NCBI GenBank assembly: GCA_963665115.1
Contig: OY762007.1
Coordinates: 5,344,001-5,408,000, forward strand
Direction of reading: 5' to 3'
Length of the DNA stretch: 64,000 nucleotides
Source: an uncultured Rivularia sp.
GTDB lineage: Bacteria > Cyanobacteriota > Cyanobacteriia > Cyanobacteriales > Nostocaceae
The position numbers and the translations under genes are program-made. Shown piece by piece: positions 21,594 through 30,577 of the stretch. A model generated the notes under the pieces. That model was not told the DNA's origin and did no database searches. It worked only from the letters and a program-made list of their open reading frames with translations. Every line of letters starts with the position of its first letter. Position 1 is the stretch's first letter.

Positions 21594-23184
21594 GGTTCTT
21601 CAACACTTAGTATGCTAAAAATACATTAAAAAAAGTGAAAGTAAAGATTAAATAGCGCAAATTGACTCGTTAGAGCGGCGAATTGAACTACCGCTCCGCT
21701 TGATTCAATTGCGTTGAGACGGGCTTAAAATCAACTCGTAAAAACCCTAAATACTCATAGCCCGCCTCAACGCCGCTACGCTAATCGAATCATAGTTCAA
21801 TTCTTAAATATAAATAAGTATATCAAATAATTACTAAAAATAAAAAAACAACTGGCTTCGTGTTACTAGTTATAAAATAGATTTATAAAACCTGGTATAT
21901 CTTACTATAATGACTTCAAAAAAAGATATTAAAATATTAACACAACTACTGGATTTGTCAGGAATAAAAGTTATCTCACATCATCAATACAAAGGTGTTG
22001 GAATAATATTACAAATCGAATCAATTAATAATGAGAGTATCTGTCCCCGTTGTGGAAAAAAAAGTCATCATTTACATCAAAATCATAAATCTATAATTAA
22101 AGATTTACCTCTAGGAGAGCAACAAGTTTTTCTAGAAATAAATAAACGACAGTTTAAATGTCAAAAATGCCAAAAACCTTTTACAGAAGACTTATATTTT
22201 GTAGAAACAAGAAGAAAATATACCAAAAGGCTTAGCAATAAAGTAATAAAAGAAGTATTAGATTCAGATATTAATAGTGTTGCAGAAAAGGGTATTGTTA
22301 CTACTAGAGAAATAGAAAGAATGCTCAAAGATGCTTCAAATAATGCAATAATTAGAAAGCCTTCATATTTAAAAAGACTTGGTATTGATGAAATAGCTTT
22401 AGTTAAAGGTAAAGGAAATTACTGTGCTGTATTGGTAGATTTAGATAAGTCTGAATTAATTACAATTTTACCCCGAAGTTCACAAGAAATAATCAGAAAA
22501 GTACTTAATTCATGGGGAAAAGAAATTTTAGACCAAGTAGAGGAAGTAAGTATAGACTTATGGCGAGGTTATAAAAATATAGTTCATGAACTAATGCCAA
22601 ATGCACAAGTTGTTGCAGATAGATTTCATGTAATGACACAAATAAATCAAGAATTAGATAAGACTAGAAAATTAGAAAAACGAAAATTAGAAGATTTAAT
22701 CAAAAAATCTAAATCTAAATCTGATAAAGATGAATATGAAAAAATTCTAAATGGATTGAAAAAAAGTAAATATGCTTTACTAAAGAATGAATTAAATCTA
22801 AATGAAGAACAGAAGACAAAACTTGCTGAAGTTAAACAAGTATCTTCAAACCTAAAAATAATGCATGAACGGTCATGAGAACATCAGAATTATTTTTAAC
22901 GATACATATGATTGGTTAGCAGGACTCTTTAAACTTGGTATGTGGCTAGATCAAGCGAAAACATACTTTCCAGTTAGTCAGAAAACTATTATTCGGTGGA
23001 TTGATGAAATTATCGCCTACTTTGATAATGGTACAACTAGTGGTGTAGTTGAGGGCATTAATAATAAATTGAAACTTATTAAACGCTCGGGTTATGGATT
23101 TAGAAACTTTGATAATTTCAGAACTAGATGTTTACTTAATTGGCATTTAAAATGTTAGTTAAGCATACTAAGTGTTGAAGAACC
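21594..23184 (+). mobile_element. ISL3-family insertion sequence, 1591 bp
   Basis: Perfect 23-bp TIR GGTTCTTCAACACTTAGTATGCT; 8-bp TSD AAATATAA at 21586-21593 and 23185-23192. Confidence 0.95.
21910..23158 (+). CDS. ISL3 transposase (frameshift near 22870)
   Basis: Zn-finger CPRC/CQKC, GIDE, SIDL, ADRFHV, EGINNKLKLIKR.GYGF. Confidence 0.92.
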
Positions 23185-25226
23185 AAATATAATCAATTTA
23201 CTATCTTATTTATTTTCAGAACTTCGCAATCAAGATTTTTCTAATTTAAATATTAAACAAGCTAATTTACAGGGAATCAATTTAAGTAATATTGATTTTA
23301 GTAACAGTAATTTTATCAAACCAACTTTTACTAATAGCTTTGGAATTATTTTTAGTCTTGCTTTTAATAATGATGGAGAATATTTAGTTACAGGAAGTAT
23401 TGATGGTGAGGTTTGTTTATGGAAATGGCAAGAAAATCAATTAATATTTCAACATCAAGCACATAAAACTATAGTTGAGTCGGTTGCTTTTAGTCCCGAT
23501 TCTCAAAAAATAGCTAGTTCGAGTCGAGATAGAACGGTGAAATTATGGGATGCTGCTACTGGACAATGTATTTTAACGTTAAATTCACCAAATCAAAGTA
23601 TAGTTAAAAGTCTTATTTTTAATCAGCATGGAAATAAGTTATTTGGTTACTCGAACAAACAAATATTAATTTGGGATTTAGAGACGGGTACTTTTCATAT
23701 ATTAGTCGAATCTCAAAGTCCTATTTGTTCTCTAATTTCAACGATAGCTGATATTTTAATCTTTGGTTGTGAAGATGGTATGGTTTATATCTGGGATTTA
23801 AATACAGAAGCATTTATAAATCAATTTTCAACTAGTAGCGGCGTTGTTTTATCGGTTAGAGTTACTGATGATAATCAAATTTTAGCTTGCGGTATTAAAG
23901 ATAAGATTGTCAAAATTTGTAATTTAAATAATTCTGAATCTATACAAATACAATCTCAAAGTTATAATATCTCCTTGATTGATATTAATCGTAACGGACA
24001 ATATATAGCGACTGGTAGCGGAGAAAAAATTATTAAAGTATGGGATATTGATGCGGGTTTATATTTACAAAGTTTGTCGGGACATCTTTCAGAAATTAAC
24101 GCTATAACTTTCAGCAATACAAATAAAATATTAGCAACTGCTAGTGTCGATCGAACGGTAAAAATTTGGGATATCGCTACGGGAAAATGTCTGAAAACTT
24201 TACAAGGACGTGCAGACTTTGTTCATTCTGTGATATTTAGTAGCGATAATCGGACAATTATTAACGGTAGTCAGCATTCAATTAAATTTTGGGATGTAGA
24301 ATCTGGGCAATGTATATCTACTTTATTCAAAAGCAAAGATTGGTTTTCTTCAGTAATTATTAGTCCCGATGAAAAAACAATTGCTTGTGCAAATATTGGT
24401 AATGAAAATAATATTATCCGAATTTGGCAAGTAGAATCTTTAAATCAAAGCCATCAAATACCGAATAGAATCCTTACAGGACATGATGATAACATTTGGG
24501 CGATCGCCTTTAATTCTGATAGTACAAAAATAGTTAGCGGTAGTAGCGATAGAACAGTAAAAATCTGGAATTCTCAAACAGGACAATGTTTAAAAACCTT
24601 TTACGGCCATAATCGTCCGGTGCTTTCAGTTGCTTTTAGTCCGAATGGAAATACAATTGCTAGTTGTGGTGGTCATTCGATTATTAAACTTTGGAATATT
24701 GAAACTGGAGAATGCGATCGAACAATTCAAGAAAAAGCTTCTTATACTATTAAACTTAATTCCAACGGTTTAATTTTAGCTAGCGGACATACTAGCGGTA
24801 TTGTTAAACTTTGGGATACAAATAATGGTCAATGCATACAGACTTTAGGAAAACTTGGTAAACCAATTGTTTCTATAGCTTTTAGTCACGATGGTGAATT
24901 TATCGCTTATGGAAGTTACGACGGTACTGTAACTGTATGGGATATCAACAATAATAAATCTATTGCCATATTACAGGAAAATTTTTCTTCACCTTGGAGT
25001 CTCGCTTTTAGTAACTTTAGCCAATATTCAAATTTATTAGCTGTAGGTAGAGATAGCGAAGTTGTTCAAATTTGGGATATTAAAACGAGTAAGTTAGTTG
25101 CATTTATGAGAGGCGATCGCCATGCCGAAAAAGTTAATATCACAGGAGTTACGGGTTTGAACGCTTCAACTATTGCTTCTTTAAAAGAATTGGGAGCTTA
25201 TAGTTAACTGGTTTTTTCCAAACGTT

Positions 25227-25352
25227 AAGATCCCCCCAACCCACGCCACTTCCTACAACGGAACGCCACTTCTCTCAACGCGGGGAACCCGCGCACGAGA
25301 GTGGCTCGGGAACCTCCGCAACGGAGTGGCTCCCCTTATTGAAGGGGGGCTT
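25227..25352. repeat. Triple-nested small dispersed repeats
   Basis: An outer CCCCCC/GGGGGG hairpin element contains an ACGCCACT...GTGGCTC unit, which contains a second such unit. Confidence 0.8.
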
Positions 25353-25381
25353 TTTGTTGTAATTCTTAGTTAACAATCAAA

Positions 25382-26266
25382 TTAATCCTTAGTTTTCTCT
25401 CGTGGATATTGTTTCATCAACTCCCTTACCTGCTCAGCATGATAAGAACTTCTTGTCAACGGAGAAGAAACAACTTGTAAAAAACCGATTTCTTCACCAT
25501 ATTTTTTCCATGCTGCAAACTGTTCAGGATGAATAAAATCACCAACTTTTAAATGCTTTTGACTGGGTTGCAGATATTGTCCAATAGTTAAAATATCGCA
25601 ATCAACAGCGCGTAAATCTTGCATAACTTGCCGAATTTCTTCATCGGTTTCCCCAAGTCCAACCATAATACCCGATTTAGTATAAACCCAAGGTGCAAAT
25701 TGACGAGATATTTTTAATAATTCCAAAGTTCTTTTATAATCACCTTGGGGACGAGTACGTTTATATAACCGAGGAACAGTTTCTGTATTGTGGTTGAGAA
25801 CTTCCGGTTGTGCTTTAAGGATAATTTCCAAAGCTTCCCAATTACCGCATAAATCGGGAATCAAAACTTCAATAGTAGTCTTCGGTGAAATAGTACGTAC
25901 TGCTTCAATACAGCGAACAAACTGGGAAGCACCCTCATCCGGTAAATCGTCACGGTTTACAGAAGTAATCACCACATGATTCAACTTCATCCGACGAACA
26001 GCTTCCGCTAAACGCGAGGGTTCCGTAGGATCTAAAGGTTGCGGTTTTTTCTCAAAATCAATATCGCAGTAAGGACAAGCACGAGTACAGGCTGGCCCCA
26101 TAATTAAAAACGTAGCGGTACCTGCCTTGAAACACTCACCAATATTCGGACAAGATGCTTCCTCACAAACAGTATTCAGCGATAAATCCCGCAAAGTTTC
26201 CTTAACATTACCAACACGTTCCCATTGAGGAGCTTTTACCCGCAACCAATCTGGTTTTACAGTCAC
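25382..26266 (-). CDS. lipA: Lipoyl synthase
   Basis: [24 protein letters not shown]; likely GTG start at 26266. Confidence 0.95.
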   Translation of the reverse strand: MTVKPDWLRVKAPQWERVGNVKETLRDLSLNTVCEEASCPNIGECFKAGTATFLIMGPACTRACPYCDIDFEKKPQPLDPTEPSRLAEAVRRMKLNHVVITSVNRDDLPDEGASQFVRCIEAVRTISPKTTIEVLIPDLCGNWEALEIILKAQPEVLNHNTETVPRLYKRTRPQGDYKRTLELLKISRQFAPWVYTKSGIMVGLGETDEEIRQVMQDLRAVDCDILTIGQYLQPSQKHLKVGDFIHPEQFAAWKKYGEEIGFLQVVSSPLTRSSYHAEQVRELMKQYPREKTKD

Positions 26267-26384
26267 AATCCTACCACTTGTTGATATACAGGATTTATGG
26301 TAACGCAAATTTGGTTAGTTGTTAGTGGTTAGTTGTTAGTTGTTAGTTGATATGAATTTCTTCCCCCTCTTCCCCCTCTTCCCC

Positions 26385-27891
26385 CAGGGCAAACGCATCT
26401 AAAATTAAGCTAGGTGCGGCGTAGCCGCACCAGCGCGGGCAAGCTGTGGTAAAAATCAGCCCATAACCCAGAATTTAGCGTAAGCCTAAAAATAGGTATT
26501 AAATAATACGAACATTTTTGATTAATAGGCAGTAAATACCAGTAGATATAATCATCTTAAATAACTAAAAATACCATTTTAATTAAAACTAATTGATTAG
26601 CAACTTAATTCTAAAACTTTCGCTAGATACTTATCATCCATAGCAGCTAAAAATTGTTTATTCTTAATTCCAAGTTTTTTACTTTTTTCTTTACCTAAAA
26701 GGTTGATTGCAATGTGACGAAGGACAGCAAAATTTTGCGGCGCATTATCCTTTCTAATTTTACAATCATCTTCATTTAATGCTACATCTAATATCCAATG
26801 CAAGGAATTTTCAATACCCCAGTGGCTACGAACTGAATCTCCAAACTTTTTTGCATCCAAGTTTAAACTGCTAATATAATAACGAGTTTCAACAGTTGTT
26901 TTACCATTTTCAGTTCTAACTGATTCAACCATACCTATGCTTTTTAAATTATCCCATTTATTGTCCAAGTCAATCTTATTTGATATATCAGAAAGCATTA
27001 AATAATTACGTATTTCTTCGCGTCCATGCCCTGAACCCTTGGTACTGTAATGACTTGTACTAAAACCTTCATAATTTTTCGATATTGCTTCTTTAAATAG
27101 TAATTCTACATCTCCATACAAGCTTTTTTGATTCTTTTTTAACGCAATTACATAATCTGCATCTTTTTGGGATATAAGATTTACTATTTCTTTTTGGCAT
27201 CCAATTGCATCAATTGTAACAACACAACCGGCAATATCTAATACTTTTATTAGCTCTGGTATTGCAGTAATTTCATTTGACTTACTATCAACTTTTCTTT
27301 GAGCAAGAACTAATTTATTAGTTTCGGCCCAAGCACTAACCATATTGATGGCGCGATTTCCAGCTTTTTTATCATATGAATGTTTTAGACTTTTACCATC
27401 AATTGCAATCACTTCTCCATCTGTTAAAATTGCAACTGATTTTATCCATGATAAAAAACATTCCTGAAATTTTTCTGGATTAATTAGAGCAAATATTCTC
27501 GCAAATGTATCATGGGATGGAATACCGTTTGGTAGCTCTAAAAAACGCTTCAACCATTTTTCTTTAACTTGCCCATATGTTTCAATTGCTACCCACGAAT
27601 CTGCTCCACAAATTACTGCACAAATCGCAATTGTTATTACATCAATCAGATGATGTCGCTTTGTCCGTTCGATTCGCGGGTCTTCAACATCCACAAAGTA
27701 ATCTGTAATTGTTGTCTTTGGTTTCAGCTTCATTTTTGACCACTCCGCACCCCATCCTGATTTTTTTAGGCTACCACAGATTCACCAACCAGCAGTTCTT
27801 TGGCAGGGCGATCGCACCGACGGTGCAGAGTGCGCCTGCGGCGCACCTGCACCTTTGAAATTTTTAAATAAATTTAGATGCGTTTGCCCTG
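26385..27891 (-). mobile_element. ISAs1-family insertion sequence, 1507 bp
   Basis: 19-bp perfect TIR CAGGGCAAACGCATCTAAA; 10-bp TSD CCTCTTCCCC at 26375-26384 and 27892-27901. Confidence 0.95.
26597..27733 (-). CDS. ISAs1 transposase (intact)
   Basis: DPR, PSHDTF, AIDGK, KSNEI, HWGIENSLHWILD. Confidence 0.95.
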   Translation of the reverse strand: MKLKPKTTITDYFVDVEDPRIERTKRHHLIDVITIAICAVICGADSWVAIETYGQVKEKWLKRFLELPNGIPSHDTFARIFALINPEKFQECFLSWIKSVAILTDGEVIAIDGKSLKHSYDKKAGNRAINMVSAWAETNKLVLAQRKVDSKSNEITAIPELIKVLDIAGCVVTIDAIGCQKEIVNLISQKDADYVIALKKNQKSLYGDVELLFKEAISKNYEGFSTSHYSTKGSGHGREEIRNYLMLSDISNKIDLDNKWDNLKSIGMVESVRTENGKTTVETRYYISSLNLDAKKFGDSVRSHWGIENSLHWILDVALNEDDCKIRKDNAPQNFAVLRHIAINLLGKEKSKKLGIKNKQFLAAMDDKYLAKVLELSC

Positions 27892-27958
27892 CCTCTTCCC
27901 CCTCTTCCCCCTCTCTAATTAAAATTCTGTGATATGATAATAACCGCAAGGCTAATGC

Positions 27959-28032
27959 CGGGATGTAGCGCAGCTTGGTAGCGCACTTCGTTCGGGACGA
28001 AGGGGCCGCTGGTTCGAATCCAGTCATCCCGA
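27959..28032 (+). tRNA. trnP: tRNA-Pro (anticodon CGG)
   Basis: Cloverleaf CGGGATG...CATCCCG-A; anticodon arm CTTCG-TT CGG GA-CGAAG; T-loop GGTTCGAATCC; CCA not encoded. Confidence 0.97.
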
Positions 28033-28163
28033 TTTTTTTGTTGAATAACAGATTATTTGTCGTCTTTGATTTTTTTCAGAGACGCTTGCTTTTTATTGAT
28101 TATAGGACAATAGAGGAAAGTAAAATCCTAATAATCATTATTAAGAAAGATTGAGGGAAAATC

Positions 28164-28736
28164 ATGCAATCAGCAATTAATCTTTTCACGGTTGAGGAAT
28201 ACCTAGAATTAGAGAAAACCAGCGAAGTTCGTCACGAATACCTCGGTGGACAAATTTTTGCTATGTCTGGGGGTAGTAAAGAACATAATACTATTAGTTT
28301 AAATATTGCTAGCAGACTACGTTCTGATTTGAGAGGTGGTTCCTGTAGCGTATTCATGGCTGATATGAAAGTGAATATACGAGTAATCAATCAAAATAAA
28401 AATATATATTACTATCCCGATGTTGTTGTTAGCTGCGATTCTGATGATAAAGACCGTTATTCTTTAAATTATCCTTGTTTAATTATTGAAGTACTTTCAC
28501 CAAGTACAGAAATCACAGATAAACGAGAAAAATTTGTGAATTATCGTGATTTAGAAAGCTTGCAAGAATATGTTTTAATTTCTCAGAATGAAATCAAGAT
28601 AGAAGTTTATCGTCAAGATAATCAAGGGAATTGGTTAATGCAAACTTTGGGTAAAGATAATGAATTACATTTAAATTCGATTAACTTAACTCCAACAATG
28701 GCAGATATTTACGAAGATGTAATCAAAATAATATAG
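28164..28736 (+). CDS. Uma2 family protein
   Basis: AMSGGS..H, YYPDVVVSC, IIEVLSPST. Confidence 0.92.
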   Translation: MQSAINLFTVEEYLELEKTSEVRHEYLGGQIFAMSGGSKEHNTISLNIASRLRSDLRGGSCSVFMADMKVNIRVINQNKNIYYYPDVVVSCDSDDKDRYSLNYPCLIIEVLSPSTEITDKREKFVNYRDLESLQEYVLISQNEIKIEVYRQDNQGNWLMQTLGKDNELHLNSINLTPTMADIYEDVIKII

Positions 28737-28747
28737 GATAAATTATT

Positions 28748-29326
28748 ATGACTGCTTTAACTTTACAAATACCTCCTTCACTCAAATTTACAGATGAAGA
28801 ATTTGAGCAGATTGTCGAATTTAATCAAGAATTGCGTTTGGAATTAACTGCTGAAGGAAAATTAATTATTATGTCACCAACTGGGGGAGAAACGGGAAAC
28901 CGTAATTTTGAAATTTATATTGATTTAGGTATTTGGAACCGTAAATACCGTCTCGGAAAAGCTTTTGATTCTTCTACAGGTTTTAAACTTCCAAATGGTG
29001 CTACTCGTTCCCCCGATGCTTCTTGGATAAAAATGGAAAGATGGGAGGAACTCACACCACAACAAAGAAAGAAATATTTACCTTTGTGTCCCGATTTTGC
29101 TGTGGAATTAGTATCTGAAAGCGATGATGTGGAAGATACTAGAAAGAAGATGCAAGAGTATATTGAAAATGGTTTGAGGTTGGGTTGGTTAATTAATCCC
29201 AAAGATAAGCAGGTTGAAATTTATCGTGCTGGTAAGGAAGTTGAAATTTTAGATTCTCCAACAAGTTTATCTGGGGAAGATGTGCTGGAAGGGTTTAGTT
29301 TGGATTTACAAACAATTTTTGGATAA
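28748..29326 (+). CDS. Uma2 family protein (tandem copy 1)
   Basis: DSSTGFKLPNGATRSPDASW, CPDFAVEL, KMQEY, LGWLINP. Confidence 0.92.
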   Translation: MTALTLQIPPSLKFTDEEFEQIVEFNQELRLELTAEGKLIIMSPTGGETGNRNFEIYIDLGIWNRKYRLGKAFDSSTGFKLPNGATRSPDASWIKMERWEELTPQQRKKYLPLCPDFAVELVSESDDVEDTRKKMQEYIENGLRLGWLINPKDKQVEIYRAGKEVEILDSPTSLSGEDVLEGFSLDLQTIFG

Positions 29327-29340
29327 TTTCAATATTAATT

Positions 29341-29919
29341 ATGACTGCTTTAACTTTACAAATACCTCCTTCTCTCAAGTTTACAGACGAGGAATTTGAA
29401 CAAATAGTTGCTTTTAATCAAGAATTGCGTTTGGAATTAACTGCTGAAGGGGAATTAATTATTATGTCACCAACTGGAGGAGAAACGGGAAATCGTAATT
29501 TTGATTTAATTGGTCAAATATGGTTTTGGAGTCGTAAAAACAATTTAGGAAAAGCTTTCGATTCTTCTACGGGTTTTAAACTTCCAAATGGTGCTACTCG
29601 TTCCCCGGATGCTTCTTGGATAAAAATCGAAAGATGGGATGCTCTAACACCACAACAAAGAAAGAAATATTTACCTGTGTGTCCCGATTTTGCTGTGGAA
29701 TTAGTATCTGAAAGCGATGATGTGGAAGATACTAGAAAGAAGATGCGAGAGTATATTGAAAATGGTTTGAGATTGGGTTGGTTGATTAATCCTAAAGATA
29801 AGCAGGTGGAAATTTATCGTAGTGGTAAGGAAGTGGAAATTTTAGAATCTCCTACAAGTTTATCTGGGGAAGATGTGCTGGAAGATTTTAGTTTGGATTT
29901 AGAAATTATTTTTGGGTGA
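29341..29919 (+). CDS. Uma2 family protein (tandem copy 2)
   Basis: Near-identical paralogue of 28748-29326. Confidence 0.92.
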   Translation: MTALTLQIPPSLKFTDEEFEQIVAFNQELRLELTAEGELIIMSPTGGETGNRNFDLIGQIWFWSRKNNLGKAFDSSTGFKLPNGATRSPDASWIKIERWDALTPQQRKKYLPVCPDFAVELVSESDDVEDTRKKMREYIENGLRLGWLINPKDKQVEIYRSGKEVEILESPTSLSGEDVLEDFSLDLEIIFG

Positions 29920-29933
29920 ATTAAAAATTCATT

Positions 29934-30047
29934 ATGACAGCCTTAACATTACAAATACCTCCCTCACTTAAATTTACAGATGAAGAATTTGAGCAGATTG
30001 TCGAATTTAATCAAGAATTGCGTTATCTAATTGTAAAAAAACACTAA
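29934..30047 (+). pseudogene. Truncated third tandem Uma2 copy
   Basis: MTALTLQIPPSLKFTDEEFEQIVEFNQELR, then homology stops at ~30023. Confidence 0.85.
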
Positions 30048-30114
30048 AAAATTCGGAAAATTTTGTAATATGTTTGTAAACTTCAGTATTACTAATTAAG
30101 ATAGGTACAAACTC

Positions 30115-30573
30115 ATGGTAGAACCTTTAACGGCAGCAGTGATTGTCTCCTTATTTTTCTCTGAAGCAATTAAAGAAGGTGGAAAAACTTTAGGAAAAGG
30201 GATTGCAGATACATTTAGCAAACTGGTAAACACGATTCGAGAGAAGTTAAAGGCCGAAGGAACAGAAGGGTTATTGACACGAGCAGAAAAAGACCCCACG
30301 GAAGCTAATAAGGCAAAATTACAAGATGAATTACAAACACAAATAGATGGGGATGGTGCATTTGCTAATCAACTCAAACAGCTAGTAGAACAACTACAAG
30401 CACAGGATGAGAAAATACGTCAGGTAGTTCTAAGTGAAATTGAATTAACTGGAGATTTAAAGGCTCAAGATATTACTCAGAAAGCCGCTAAAGATGGTGC
30501 TGTTGAGCAGGAAATGATTAAAGGGGTGAAAGCTACAAACATTGATGTTGGTAATTTAAATCAAGAAGCTTAA
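30115..30573 (+). CDS. Putative Bell-like helical effector with C-terminal double amyloid-type motif
   Basis: Hydrophobic N-terminal helix, a ~100-aa helical domain, and two Q-bounded pseudo-repeats (res 103-122, 132-150). Confidence 0.65.
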   Translation: MVEPLTAAVIVSLFFSEAIKEGGKTLGKGIADTFSKLVNTIREKLKAEGTEGLLTRAEKDPTEANKAKLQDELQTQIDGDGAFANQLKQLVEQLQAQDEKIRQVVLSEIELTGDLKAQDITQKAAKDGAVEQEMIKGVKATNIDVGNLNQEA

Positions 30574-30577
30574 ACCA

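Larger units (their letters stand above)
20072..25207 (+). pseudogene. HTH - NB-ARC/STAND - WD40 protein interrupted by ISL3
   Basis: N-terminal HTH-like region, Walker A GIGGIGKT, Walker B LLVFDN. Removing the IS and one TSD restores GYVIGNIINLLSYL...QDFSNLNIKQANL, followed by many WD40 repeats. Confidence 0.9.

Noticed and set aside
27782..28027. 81-aa minus-strand ORF
   Set aside because: It is antisense to tRNA-Pro and the ISAs1 end.
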